Shown in pieces: positions 14,646-30,646 of a DNA stretch of 64,000 bases. The stretch's first letter is position 1. Each line of letters opens with the position of its first letter. The notes beneath the pieces were generated by a model that had not been told where the DNA came from, made no database searches, and saw only the letters and a list, made by a program, of their open reading frames with translations. The position numbers were made by a program, and so were the translations under genes. Origin of the DNA: Eledone cirrhosa (Eukaryota); contig OZ024753.1 of NCBI GenBank assembly GCA_964016885.1, positions 5,642,001-5,706,000 on the forward strand, written 5' to 3'.

Positions 14646-14803
14646 CTTCACGGAAAGAGAAATTGAAAAACAGTAAGAGGAAAAACAAGGCTGAGGGGAT
14701 GTTTGAGGGTAAGAGGGATATATCAGATTGGTTCCGCTTCGTTCTGTAGCTACACTTTAATTTCTGCTAAGTCCAATCCATATTCCGTACATCTGGTCAA
14801 AAA

Positions 14804-15240
14804 TGAGACATTATCATGTAATTCCTCCGGAGAAAAAGAGTCATTATCATTTGTTAATCTGGAGATAAAAGAGACATTATCATGTAGTTCTTCCGGAGAA
14901 AAAGATTCATTATCATTTGTTAATCTGGAGATAATAGAGACATTATCATCTGTTAATCTGGAGAAAAAAGAGACATTATCATCTGTTAATCTGGAGAAAA
15001 AAGAGACATTATCATTTGTTAATCTGGAGATAATAGAGACAATATCATCATCAGTTAATCTGGAGATGAAAGAGATAAAAAAGACAATATCATCATTTGT
15101 TAATCTGGAGACAAAAGAGACATTATCATCTGTTAATCTGGTGATAAGAGACATTATGATCTTTTAATACGGAGAAAAAGAGATATGATCATTTATTAAT
15201 CTGGAGATAAAAGACATTATCATCTGTTAACCTGGAGACA
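14804..15240. repeat. ~33-bp minisatellite
   Basis: Unit gagacattatcatctgttaatctggagaaaaaa repeated ~13 times. Confidence 0.95.
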
Positions 15241-15973
15241 AAAAAGGTAATACCATCACCAGCTGTGACATATATTTAACCAAGTGACATATTGTAGAGT
15301 CCCATAAATTCTTTATGGGCGATAACTGTAACGATAGAGAAGGTGAAAACACAGACATTTTAAAGAAATCAATCACCGTTTATAAACTAACATATAATTT
15401 AGCCGCTAGAAATTCATCCCGAGGTTGTATAGTTACATAATTAGAAAGTTTTAAATTCTTTGCTCTGTGTGGACCCCATTACATAGAGCTTTAAACCCTC
15501 CGGTAAAAGGTTTCTACCCAATAATAATAATACTGTTATTATTACTAATATTATATATATAAAAGAAGCAAAGAAAATTTTAATAATAGATTTCCTGGTG
15601 GAAGTTCAGGTGAACTCTGGGTTGGTATCCAGTTTTGGGGTGAAAATCCAATTAGTAAATCCAAGGAATTTTGAGAGACCTACGTAAGCGTTGATATATA
15701 TGTGTAAAAGGTAAACAGAAATAACAACACAATCGGTATAAAATTAAACAACGGAGTTAATCACCTATAACTTAATGAGCTTAAGGAATAGATTCCGGGC
15801 CCTTTATAAATCAGTATATATATATAGAAATACACAAAAATGTGTGTGTTTAATGATAAGGGATAGAGTGAAGAACATATTGATCCGTATTCTTCTTTCC
15901 TTTCGTAGACAATATGTTCTTCACTCTGGTGGACTCTATCATTAAACATATGCCACTTTCGGTATCTCTCTCT

Positions 15974-16070
<97 letters not shown>

Positions 16071-16120
16071 GATATTAATAAATGGAAACTATATTTATAA
16101 AACCATATTTATTTCATAAA

Positions 16121-16181
16121 TTTCATATATATATTTCAAGGATACCAAGTTACATTATGGTATGCCTTCATCAGACAAAAT
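16121..16181 (-). ncRNA. Hammerhead ribozyme motif in TA-flanked insert 16070-16292
   Basis: Minus strand: ttttgt CTGATGA aggcatacca-taatgtaact-tggtatcctt GAAA tatatata tgaaa; core and stem II intact, stem I imperfect. Confidence 0.7.
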
Positions 16182-16289
16182 ACAATATATAACAGTTTTA
16201 TAAATAGACATTGACGTACCCCTTTTAAAAATTGACCGTTGTTTTTGGAGGCCATCAGGATTGTATCCCAACAATTTAAATAAAACTTT

Positions 16290-17544
<1,255 letters not shown>

Positions 17545-17591
17545 GTATATATATATGTGTATATATATATATATATGTGTATATATATATG

Positions 17592-17636
<45 letters not shown>

Positions 17637-17637
17637 G

Positions 17638-17767
<130 letters not shown>

Positions 17768-18779
17768 CGCACGCGTGCGTGCATGTGTATACATGTGCGT
17801 GTCTGTAAACTTCTGAAACAGAAACCAAACATTATCGTAACAAACGAAACTATGGCCATTTTATGAGAAAATCAATATTTGAGCAAGCTCCATCCTACAT
17901 AGAAGCAAACCCGATCGGAAAATCTGTATCTGGATTGAAAGCAATCTTTATTTACTGCTGTGAAATTATTTATAACCTTTCCTTTTATCGTGTTGAATAG
18001 GTACGTCTATTAGATCTTGCAAAAAAAAAAAAAAGCAACAAAAAAAAGAACAAAAAAACCCAGAAAATCAGAATAGAAAAAAAATGAAAATTTATATTAA
18101 AAAAATATATAATATTTGTATGTTATTTTTAATTCGTAGCTCTCCCAAAGGATCTTAGCAAATATAACAGAAACAAATAGAATTAGAGGTGTTATATGTG
18201 CATCTTATAAAGCCTTCATTCTAGCTGCTTATAGTCCCAAGGAACATAGAATGTTGTAAAATATTATCCAGCGTTGCTGGACAATATGCCAGTTGTGAAT
18301 TGACATCAAAGAACACAACTAAAGATCAAACAAAGTTAAAGTTTGGCACTCATATAACAAGTGTCAACTTTCATATTTATTAACAAAAGATTTATGTTTC
18401 ATAAAAATCAAGAATATAATAAAAAGTAAGTAAATAAATAATCATAAAAACCTCCTCTTTTATTGGATTCAGACCAGAGTCTACAGGTTTCTATTTCATA
18501 GTATATCGTAATTTTAACTATCTTTCTGAACAGAGAAAGAAAGTTAGCACTGAGTTTGTGGAGGTTGATGTTATATATGTCTAGCGCTATTGTCCTGAAA
18601 ACACACAAATACAGACTCACACAGAGACACACATATACACACAGAGACACACATAGAGACACACAAAGTCACACACAAACACACACATAGACACATAGAC
18701 ACAGACACATACACACACATAGATACTCACACAGGCCAACACAAAATACACAGCCACACACAGATAAACACAGACAGAC

Positions 18780-18878
<99 letters not shown>

Positions 18879-18969
18879 GTCATGAACACATACATAGGCA
18901 CACACACACGCACATACAGTCACAGACACACAAATATATTTCCAAAGAGGTACACACACATGAGTAAAG

Positions 18970-19145
18970 ACCTTCGGTCGCGGATGACCAGCAGTCACCC
19001 AAGCATACCAGCCTCCCCTCTTCACGTCACCGATTTTGTCCAAGAGAAAGATAATGTCCGATATAGCTTGGCACCAGTGATGTCGCAACTCATTTCTACA
19101 GCTGAGTGAACTGGAGCAACGTGAACTAAAGTGTCTTGTCAAAAG
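18970..19145 (-). mobile_element. CORE-SINE fragment
   Basis: Minus strand caagacacttta..tcacgttgctccagttcactcagctgtagaaatgagt resembles the CORE domain. Confidence 0.65.
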
Positions 19146-20439
19146 GTGAATGTATATATGCATGCATATTTGTACGAGTGTATTCTCTAAATTGTATCTA
19201 TATATACATATATTTACATTTATATATTAAAATCCCACTTAGGTTTACTTGGGTAGTTGTTTATTTAGAGTTTGATATTACGTAAAAATATAGTTAAATA
19301 TTTCTTGATCTAGAGTGACCTTTAAAATACCACATGAGTTTATTTCATTTTCTGGTTGATAAAATAAGTAGATCCATAATATAAGTGAATTCAAACCTTG
19401 GAGAACTTTTTCAAAGCCTGGAGATTATCAATGGAGTTATGGCATTTAATGAATGGTATTTAAATTAGCGCTAAGTTAGGCGCCAGTCTATTAAATAGAC
19501 AGTATTCTGTCTTTTGATGAAGTGTGAAAATGGTGTGTTAGATATAATGTAACTATTGAAATATATGTAAGAAAACGTCTATAAAATTACTCGACTCATG
19601 ATGTATGAGATGTTAAACCCAGTTCTATAATTCCAGCTGATGTTTTGATTTTGTGATGAAATAAGTATAAGGAATATTATATTCGAGTGAAATAATTCGT
19701 CTATAACTTATTCACTTTAATAACGGTACCCCTAACTCAGACTGGTCTAATGTCTCCTCAAAATGAAAATACTATTTACGCACCAAAACCTACGTCTGTG
19801 TTTTCTTATGCCTTGTTAAATGATTGTGAAATTTACTACCATATAATATTAATTGATTCAGCAAAGGACGCCATCTTTGACCTATGCTTGATGAGGCCAT
19901 TTATTAATGAGTTAAATCATTATTCTTTTGTTTCTGTTCTAGGCGAACAATTAATATAATTTATAGAAGCGAACAACAACGATGTCAATTGAATCAGGCA
20001 GATCGTTTTATTTCCAAGATTTACTCGATTTCATGTGTCATATTAAGATATATGTCCGAACTAATAACGAGATGAAAATATCTTTACTGCTTTACGGAAA
20101 TTCTTATTATTATTACCAATACATATATTATTATTATTTTTATTTTCTTTCATTATTGTTTCTGAGATATATGCCGAGTGTCTTCCTGACATTATTATTA
20201 TTATTATTATTGCTTTTTTTTAATGGGCTTTCTCCACGATGGCCCTCGGAAGTCTCCCCCCTATTGGGGAATTTTTCATTGTTCTATTATATCATCCTCT
20301 GTTTTTTTTTGTTTTTTACACGCAGAAATGTTCATTTGTATCGTCCTGTATTGTCCTGTACTGCCCTTAATGTCTACTTTGTGTAAACCCTTGTGGTTAA
20401 TAAAGAAAGCATTATTATTATTATTATTATTATTATTAC

Positions 20440-22213
20440 AGTTGCATTTATCTTGCTTTATGTTCATACGAGTTATCACCAAGTCACAACCAGTGACCTC
20501 GAGAGACAACAAGGACCGCCATGTTCAAGAAAGAACATACATACACACACATGCATCTTTAGGTGTTTTGACTTGTGATGTACTTATATTGACAGAATCT
20601 TCCTTAGTATATGGGCAGTTCCCATTAGTACTATCTTTTGTATTTCTCCTATACGCGGGTTTCCTGGGATTTGCGATAAGTAATCATTAGATCCCTTAGG
20701 TATCATTCCTAGAGCGCCTACAACTACTGGTATTGTTTTAGTTCTCAATTTCCACATTTTTCCAATTACCATCTCCAGGTCCTTATACTTGCTCAATTTT
20801 TCAAATGTTTTTATAGATACATTCTTGTCTATTGGAACGGACATATCAATTAGCAGGCATACCCTCTTTTTAAAGTCCTTCAGTATTATATCAGGTCTAT
20901 TTGCATCTATTTTTCGGTCTGTTTGGATGCTAAAGTTCCACAAGATTGAGATGTGATCTTTTTCAAGTATGGGAGGTGGTTGATGCTCCCACCAATTCTT
21001 TTGATGGAGCAGGTCAAAATGCTTACACATTATCCAATGTATGTATTGTGCAGCTCTGTCATGCCTGTTTAGGTATTCGGTTGGACCTATAGGACTGCAC
21101 ATTGAAATTATATGATCAATGGTCTCTGGTTGCTTTTTACATACACGGCATAATGGGTGTCATCCATTTTTTATTATGTTGACTTGGTTATTTTTTGTTG
21201 GCAGACAGTGATCTTGTGCTGATATAATCAGTCCTTCAGTCTCCGATTTCAGTCCAGAGGATGCCAACCACTGATGGGTTAAAGTTTTGTCAACATCAGG
21301 ATTGTTAGCTCTTTCTGGGTATTTTCCATACAGAGGCTTTTCTTGCCATTTCTTAGCCAGTTTCTGTAGCAGTTCTTTCTTTGCAGTTACTTTTACCTGC
21401 TTTGCTTTTTCTGTGTTTTCCATTTCAGCAGTAAATGGGACTTCTGAAATTTGTAGTCCATTACTGTATCTTTGTGCATCTTTTGTAATGGAATATGATC
21501 TTTTGATGCTTTCGTGTTTCAAAACGAGTTTGATCATCCAATCATGTGATTCCCTTAGATATGTAGATAATCCAATTGTTGCAGTTGTCAACGCAATATC
21601 TAACTGGATTAACCCACGTCCTCCTTCTTTCCTAGGGAGATATATTCTATCTGTATCTGCCTTAGGGTGATGCATTCTGTGCATGGTTAAGAATTTTTTA
21701 ATTTTTGTATCGAGCCTACGTATCTCTGTGCTTGACCAGTTGATGACATTGTAACTGTAGGTTACTACTAGTATGGCAAGCGTGTTTTTGGCAACGATCC
21801 TATTCCTTGCATTCAATTCCGTTCTTAAGATTGCTCTTACTCTGCGGTAACATTATCCTTCCTTATCCTTTCCTTCATTGTCGAGTGCTTGATTCCGTCT
21901 CCTTCACAAACACCTAGATATTTGTAAGTTTCCTCTTGATCAAGTTCTCTTATCACATTCCCCCGATCAAGATTAATGTCAGATCTTTTCAGCAGCTTTC
22001 CTCTGGTGAACGTTGCTTTGGCGCATTTATCTAGTCCAAACTCCATTTTAATGTCATCACTGAACTGCTCCACAGTGGATAATAGCCTTTGCAATTGTTC
22101 ATCATTTTTTGCAAATAGTTTCAGGTCATTCATGTAGAACGTGATTAATAGTTTTGTCATAGACTTTATATTCATGTTTTGTTTCATTGAGCATTTTACT
22201 TAATGGTATAAGT
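20440..22213 (-). mobile_element. 5'-truncated Dong/R4-type non-LTR retrotransposon (RT + CCHC + restriction-like endonuclease), pseudogenised
   Basis: ORF pieces 21837-22187 (YMNDLKLF, FGLDKCA, YKYLG), 21160-21816, CRVC...HIISMC, and 20584-21102 (RHD, NRPDI...LID, K..KY.DL, IPVVVGALG); (TAA)n tail at 20411-20438. Confidence 0.92.
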
Positions 22214-22740
22214 GGAAAGTTTGTTGAAATGAATATCAAGCCACTACTTGCAGCCTCAGATATTCAGGACGTATCGGAGGGTTCTTGCTGTTCCCAGCAA
22301 GCATGCCTTTTGAAGTGTTCCAAAAAGCGGGGCTGGACTAATTTTCTTTAACCATCCTTGGAAACTCTTTGAGATAGTACCTAGTGTGCCTATGACAACC
22401 GGGATGACCTTGATTTCATTGCAGTTCTAAATCCTTTTTAACTCCTACTTTAAATCCTGGTATCGGTTAATTTTCTCCCTCGCCTTCTCTTGCACTCTCG
22501 TGTCAAATGGGTAGGCTACATCTACAATCAGGCATGATCTTTTTTCCTTGCCCAAAACCACCAGGCCAGGCCTATTGTGTTCTAATTTCTTGTCCGTCTG
22601 TATAACTAAAATCCGATAGCACCTTCACCTGATCGTTTTCTATCACCGACTCATACCACTTCTCAGAATGTGGTAAATTGTTTACTTTGCATAGATGCCA
22701 GTGGATCACCCTGCCTATCACATCATGTCACCAGCCTGTA
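22214..22740 (-). mobile_element. Second Dong/R4-type 3' fragment (RLE domain), same family as 50217-50765
   Basis: Near-collinear reverse complement of 50217-50730, with stops and indels. Confidence 0.88.
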
Positions 22741-22769
22741 TTATTAGTACTATTATTATTATTTCCATT

Positions 22770-23170
22770 ATTATTTTTATTGCACAGCTCTGTCCATCTT
22801 GGGTATGAGCCGTGTAGTTTTTGTTGATGTTGTTTCTTTTGTATTGATAGTACTTTTCGTAATATATGTGTGTGGTGCTATTTTTTGTATGCTGTACATA
22901 TTTGTAAGTCCTGGGGTTTTGGTTACGTATTTGTGTGTTATATATTCCTGGGGAGCTAATACCTTGTAGCCTGAAACCAGCTGGTCAATGGTTTCAACAT
23001 GTTCATCACAGATTCAACACTTTTGGTCAATTCCACAATTGAAAGTTGCACGCTGGGAGACACTGGCCTGTACAGCCAAAAGCCGAGTAAATGTTTTTCG
23101 AGTAATATAGTGAGATTTAAATAACCCCACTATGCCCGATACCAGCAAAAAAGAGTGATTTTGTGTCGAT
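22770..23170 (-). mobile_element. Third, older Dong/R4-type 3' fragment with internal deletion
   Basis: Minus translation KC*ICDEHVETIDQLVSGYKVLAPQEY ... IQKIA ... ILRKVLSI, then a TAA-rich tail. Confidence 0.7.
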
Positions 23171-24153
23171 GTAGCGACATATTTTATTTCAAATGCATTT
23201 TGACTAAGCTTCGACTTCTGAGTCGAAATTCTATCAGAATTGACTTTACTGGTTTTCACTTTAAAAGAAAACCTAACAGCCGAGAGAGCCAGAAAAAAGC
23301 CTCTCCACATCTACAATGCATCTCTAGCTTGAAATCAATCACAGCAATATCATGTACAAATCAAATCCTACTATCTTAAGAAACCAAGATTCACATTACT
23401 CACCTATTTTGCATTCGTTTCTTAGCGACCGTGTTATTGGCTTCTATTCATTAATTTTCTTTCCGAAGAGGAACAAGGGAAGGTAACGTTAGATTTTTCT
23501 CATTACATATGTCAAACAAACTTACTGCATTTGTGTTTTTCTTCAGAAACGTTTATGTTAAAAAAAGGAAAAGACGCAAGCATTGAGTAATGAAGTAGTA
23601 GACAAACTATGCCGAAATAAAGATAGTATTGTGATATCTCGAATGTCTACAACCAAATATCTGTCCGACTAGGATTGATCTTTAGTTAAACATCAACTAT
23701 ATCAACTACACACTGGATATATCTAATGTGGTTGATTTAATCAATTACACCCAGCCGCTGCAAATTTGTGTCATATTTTTCCTATCTAAGTAATAATTAT
23801 TATAAACCTGCATTAGTTTGCTTAAATTGAGAGACATAATCTCCATAATTGAATTCAGTGAAATATTTGTGGAGTAGTAGTTATATACAGACGGTATTTT
23901 GTCTCCGCAATAGTATATATTATGAAGATTTTACATCATATGAATACGTAATAATGTATAAATGTATAATGCTGTTTATACTCTCGCATAAACTTCAATA
24001 TTGAAATGTAATTAACCGTGGAATATGTGTAATTGAGGTTTATGCATTATTCCTTGAGATACATGTCCTGAATTTATATTTCTGCAATTTTCTCTAATTC
24101 TTATAATAACAGAGAAACATAGATACACATACAAACAAGCATACCAACCTACA

Positions 24154-24207
<54 letters not shown>

Positions 24208-24300
24208 CATATATATATATGTTTATATTCGTATATATGTATGCATTTATATATGTGTGAGTATATATGTATTTATAGTTATGCATATGTAATATATATG

Positions 24301-24362
<62 letters not shown>

Positions 24363-24404
24363 CATATATATATATGTACATACATATATATATATATGTA
24401 TATA

Positions 24405-24528
<124 letters not shown>

Positions 24529-24879
24529 GTATATATACACACACACATACACACACATACACTCACATACACACACACACATACACACAAATACACACAC
24601 ACACACATATATATATATACCGTCTAGAATTAACTGAGTGAATACGTATGCTAAATGATTATTACGATAAATGAGCTGAATTATTAAAACTGACATCTTT
24701 TAGTCTAATATTCGTTGTACAAGCGAGGATTATCATGATATACTGTCATATCAATGTCTAGTAATAAGTCACACAGAATTTACTTATATAGAAACCTGTT
24801 AGTAATGTGAGTGTTATTTCTAGTTATTGTTGTCGTTCTTGTCATTGTCCAAGGTCAATCATGATTGATCAAGAAGGTA

Positions 24880-25098
24880 GAAAATAGCCGCACCCTTTCC
24901 ATGAATATTGTGTATATTTGTACCTGTGACAAAGGGTCAGCCTTGTCACGTTCGGTGTCACGCTGAATCTCCCTAAGATCTACTTTAAGGCTACGCGTGT
25001 CTGTGGAATGCTCAGCCACTTGCACATTAATTTCACGAGCAGGCTGTTCCGTTGATCGGTTCAATTAGAACATTCGTCGTCGTAACCTACGGAGTGCC
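24880..25098 (-). mobile_element. SINE fragment, Nin/Deu-domain-like
   Basis: Minus strand gcaagtggctgagcattccacagacacgcgta...gattcagcgtgacaccgaacgtgacaaggctgaccc resembles a recalled mollusc SINE central domain. Confidence 0.55.
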
Positions 25099-25584
25099 AT
25101 TCCAATTTAAAGACGGTGTTTGTTGTGGGATTTGCAGGAAATCTGGCAACTATTTCTACTAGTTTGTGTGACCATGTTGAAGCTCCGTTTTCTTGGAAGA
25201 TTGCAGCAGTAGGATTCAGTAAACGCTGAAATAATGAGTATCAATATTCAGTTTCTTCCAGGATTTGCGACCAGTAGATAGAATCAGCAATGGAAAGATT
25301 TGATGTGTTTCACCGAACTCGGTAAGCGAATGAGGTCTGGGAACAGTATATTTGTTAAAAGATTGATGGTCCGAGTGAATGGGACTACTATGAGCATGCA
25401 GTTGTAAGCCGCAGAGTTCAGAGAGGAGCGGCTACCCTTTCTATGATGCTCTTGTCGATCAGGTTGGTTTCAGATCTGTGGGGGTTCCTAAATTACTCCT
25501 GTGGTGCTCACCTCTATTTCTGTCATTAGAAATTTATTTACTTTGATGTCTTACTTTTCTCTTTACTCTTGCTCTCTTTTTCTT

Positions 25585-25985
25585 TCTTTTCTTCGCCCAC
25601 TTGTTCCTGAGAGGGTCGTGGGGGCAGAGTGCTCAAAAACTCACTCCAACGGGTCCTGTCAGAAGCAACCGTCTCCAACTGATCCGACTGGATCCCTAGG
25701 CGTGACCAGCCAAGCTCATGGACGTTATCCAACCATCTTGCTCGGGGTCTACTTCTCGGTCTCCTACATATTGGTTTTGTCCGTAAAATCTGTCCAGTGA
25801 TTCTTTCCTCAGACATTCTAACCACATGCCCATAGTATCAGAGTTGTAATCTCTCAATTCGGAGAAGTAGCGGCTCTACCTGGAGTGACTCTCTGATCTC
25901 TGAATTATGCACTTTATCGAGTAACGTTACTCCAAAGACCCTTCGAAGGAACCCTATTTCGGCTGCTTGTATTTCTCTTTACTCG
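25585..25985 (-). mobile_element. RTE-clade LINE 3' fragment
   Basis: IQAAEIGFLRRVFGVTLLDKVHNSEIRESL...GHVVRMSEER...RPRSRPRARWLD...DRTRWS; a related inverted 3' tip lies at 26085-26170. Confidence 0.85.
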
Positions 25986-26556
25986 ATGAATCCAAATCCC
26001 TACTTTCCCTGTTCATTAATACTGTTTTCCCTGTTTTGGCCCCAGCGACTAATAAAAAATAATTATTAACAATATCTTAGACTGTTGCTTCTGACATGAC
26101 CCACTGGACGAGGTGTTTGAGGATTCAGCCCCACGACCCCCTCAGGAATAAGTGGCCGAAGAAGAAGAAAAAGGAAATATTTTAGCCATAATATTTATTT
26201 ATAAGAAGTAGCCGAAATTAAACCATATAGTTAATTCAGTGCTAATTAAGTTAATGTTGTAAGTGGAAGGCTTTTAATTAATCAAAATTACGTCTCGATT
26301 GAAGAAGTAAATCCATTAGATAAATGGTTGGTACTGGTCGAGTGAGAGAAGACCATTCCAAAATTAATATTAATTAATATTAATTAATATTAATTAGAAG
26401 TTACCTGCTGGAATGCAGTTCCATTGAGGGCAACTGTTTTAGTGAACCACAAATAGTCTTTACCAATATTTTCCAAGCCTTAAGAGGATCGAGAGATGTA
26501 GTTTCATTAAATACATACTGAGAATTATGTTTACTTAAAAGAATAACCGAGGAAAA

Positions 26557-26745
26557 TATCCCAGAGACGTCTGGATGGATAGTGGTATTCCTGGATACAC
26601 TGATTGTCTCAAATATCCCAGAGATGGCTGCAAAAGTAGATGGATAGTGGTATTCCTAGATATACTGATTGTCTCAAATACTCCAGAGACGCCTGCAAAG
26701 AGTAGATACATAGTGGCATTCCTCGATACACTGATGGTCTCAAAT
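26557..26745. repeat. ~68-bp tandem repeat, ~3 diverged units
   Basis: gatggatagtggtattcct.gata.actgattgtctcaaat repeated three times. Confidence 0.85.
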
Positions 26746-28693
26746 CTGTTATGCCTGAGAGGGTTGACATTAAAGATGAGCTCTCATTGTTCTACCTGTT
26801 CCCCAAATAGCGTCTCAGATAGTCTTGAAAGACAAGTTTGACTGTGTCCCTAAAACAGGCAGAACTGTCTCTACTTACAGGATAAGGGGAGAAAGGCAGG
26901 TCACTGGCACATCAGAACAAATTAGTTGCTTCGGATAAGTTAAGGAAAGCACTGCTTTAAAACCTCTGCTGCCTTGCGCCTATATTCACCCCAAAGTTTC
27001 GGGAATCAACCATGAAGAAAACTCCAGAGACGGAGTTCCGAAAGCTGTTTGAGGCTGTAATAATCAAAGTTCTGTCAGATCCTGCGATGGGGCTGTGAGC
27101 ATGTGTATTGGCACTTGCTTTTCCATTGGATTATTTAAGCGATGTAGAGAGGAGGACCTACTACATAGGTAACAGTATGTCTCCCGTTTCTAACTGCCCA
27201 GGCTTTGTGCACTGGCGATAAAGCTGTAGCTTTCGAATGAACACCCTGGAGACAGGCAATGAAGTTAAGCCTCTCCGAGTTTGAAGAGATTTCCTCAACA
27301 GTCGAAAGCGAAATGGTGCAGGAAGAAGGCCCAAATATTGATAGACAGAGGTCAGTATGGACCAGAAGAGAAGAGAAATACAATATCTATTAAAATAGAT
27401 TATGATGGTCACAGCTCAGAGGATCTGCGCCCTAGTTCTGCTTGATCAGTGATGGATGGGGCTAAACAATTAATGTATCCATCTATCTTCATTATGACTA
27501 ACAGTTGCTTTATTCATTAATACTATCTTGTTTTAGATATTTGTTAAATTAGTTCAGTTTTACAGAAGAAAATCTAAAACAAATACCGAAACAAGGATTT
27601 GAAACGTTGTCAAAATTCATCTGATAACATTTGGATCAAGTCTAACAAGAACTGAAGGTCATAGCTGCCAGAGTTGCTTTTAAGATATTTGAAATTCAAA
27701 GACAGGTAGCGGAAGTTCCAACAACGCTGCAAGTAGCGAATTGGAGATACTAGTGAGCAAAAGGAAATAGCATAAGTATTAGAAGTGAAAAACGCGGTGT
27801 GATCTAGTATTTCTATATATTCAGGTCATGATATATTACATAAATGAAAAAGAAAGTGATAAAGCGTTGCAAACAGGCTCCACACAAGTTAAAAGAAAAT
27901 CGCACATATAGCATAAATATAGTAGAAACTCAATTAAATAGTTTACAAAGATTTTAGATTTTTACAAGTCATTTCTTCAATCTTTGACAAATTGCCCAGC
28001 ATTTTTTAATCATTTCACCAGTCGAGAAAAAAAAGAGAAAGCCCCCCAAACAAAAAAAACAAAAAACAAAGAAAACAAAAGCAATTTAATACCGAGTCAA
28101 ATGCTATCAAAATAGACATAAATATCCTGATTTTATCGTTGAGAAAATTGAAAACATGGGTCATAGTTAACCATTTCGATTAAGAAAATTCATTATATTT
28201 AAATTTACTTAATGTGTAGAACTATTAAATCGATCATAATTTTCTGGAACGTCAGCCTAATAGATAAATATCGATTTAAACGTTCTAATTTAAGTTAGAT
28301 AAGAAATAAGTAAAATTAATTATGTAATAAACTGTACAGCAAAATATTATATAAAATTTATATAAATGGAAACATTTTAATTTATTTATTACTGACACAC
28401 ACACAACACAGGCACTGACATACACAGATACACCCACACAGAAAAAACAGACACACACATATACACACAGACACATCCACACATACATACACACACATAC
28501 ACACACAGACACACACAGACAACACAGACACACATATCCAGACACACACATACACACACACAGGCACGCCAACACAGACACACCCACACATTCACACACA
28601 CGCAGACACCTTCACCCCCACACACATATATACATATACAGACAAAACACACACACACACAGACACACCCACATATACACACGGACACAAACA

Positions 28694-28782
<89 letters not shown>

Positions 28783-28910
28783 TAATGAATATGTCTATAT
28801 ATGCTGGTGAAAGCTGCGGCGGAGCAGCTTCCTTCAGGTTTGATCTACTTCGTGTAGCATATTTTCCAGCAATACACTCGACTAATATTTAGAGAGAGAA
28901 AGAAAGAAGA

Positions 28911-29000
28911 TACGAGGGTCGGCTGAAAAGTACAAGCTTGACTATGAAGGAGTGATGCTAGAGCTGTGAAATCTCGCATGCATTAATTGCAACTCTTCTT
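28911..29000. mobile_element. Mariner-like terminal fragment
   Basis: Starts TA-CGAGGGTCGGCTGAAAAGT, a mariner-type TIR start; no partner or transposase seen. Confidence 0.45.
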
Positions 29001-29135
29001 AATAATAACTGCAACGTTTCTTTCCGGCAAGGCTTGTAAAATCTAAATACACATATCAAATTTAGATTTTCTAATATACATTGTATGTGTATAAACATAT
29101 ATATATATGCATATATACATACATACATACATACA

Positions 29136-29265
<130 letters not shown>

Positions 29266-29270
29266 ATATA

Positions 29271-29741
29271 TATTGTTATACTTTGGGAGGGTCATGTTGC
29301 CAATAAGAAACACACGCACCAGTTGCTTTCACTTAAACCGGTTGGTTGGTTGGTTCCACAACCAGACGATTGTTCATATATTGTCAAAGTTCTTTCGTCA
29401 CACATTCTGTGACCTGTTCAGTGACTGGGGATTCTTTCCTTTGTTTTTGTGCCTCTCCTTTGCTCTGTCCTACGCCATCTTGTTTTTGTGTGTGTTGTGT
29501 GCTTAGTTTGCGCATGTGTTACATCTGGGTGTTTGTGTGTGTTTATATTTGTTTATTTATTCGTTTATTTACATGTTACTGGTTGGTTGTTTGTTCTATG
29601 TGTGTGTATTTTCATTTTGTCCTTAATTGTAAGTTGTGATGTTGCTATTCCATTCATGCTTTCTATTTAATTTTGGCTGGAGTTCATTTATGTTTATTGC
29701 CTCTGTGATTTGTCTAAACGAAAGAACTTTGACAATATATG

Positions 29742-29747
<6 letters not shown>
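29271..29747. mobile_element. (TA)n-embedded element of family C with 29-bp inverted repeat
   Basis: ttgttcatatattgtcaaagttctttcgt (29370-29398) is inverted at 29719-29747; 5' part matches 6462-6525 and 6572-6616. Confidence 0.8.
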
Positions 29748-29814
<67 letters not shown>

Positions 29815-30503
29815 TATATATATACATACATATATACATATATACATATTTGTATATATACATATATATATGTATATATATGTATATATATATATACTAT
29901 ATATGTATATATATATATATATGTATATATATATACTCACGCATCCATGCGCACAAACACATATACATCAGGGTGTATATTTAATTACATATTAACAGTT
30001 TGAATGTCATATATTTGAATCATAAAAAGGAAAGTAATTTGAAAACTCTTTCAAAAGTGTTTTCATGAAGATATATGACATTAAAGAAGAAGAAGAAGAA
30101 GAAGAAGAAGAAGAAGAAGAAGAAGAAGAAGAAGAAGAAGAAGAAGAAGAAGAAGACGATGACGACGACTAAGAAGAAGAATGAAAAAAGAAAGAAACTA
30201 CACTAAGTTTTCCCTTATCCAAATATACACTGTAAAGAGTTCACAGGACATTTTAAGTCAATATCTACTCACTGCCATAGATATCGCGAATCAGACGTTC
30301 ACAATATTTTATTACACACAGTTTCCATTGCTTTACGGCTAGTAGATACACCTGAGAGTTTATCAACTTATTTTATAGGTAATATAAAACCTAACAACAT
30401 TTTTTATCTACCTATCAATCTCGCTGTGGTTCTCTATTTTCAACTATGTATTTATCTATCACTCGCAAACTTCACCCTTTGCACAAACTCACACATATCA
30501 GCA

Positions 30504-30579
<76 letters not shown>

Positions 30580-30599
30580 TGTGTATATAAATACATACA

Positions 30600-30646
<47 letters not shown>

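Noticed and set aside
14804-15240. CRISPR-like periodic repeats
   Set aside because: No unique spacers and eukaryotic context; it is a minisatellite.
25130-27450. Possible host exons in GC-richer patches (also ~31100-31400, ~46530-46720)
   Set aside because: No coherent ORF or splice pattern; cross-similarity (25310-25345 vs ~31100-31130) points to old repeat debris that I cannot classify.
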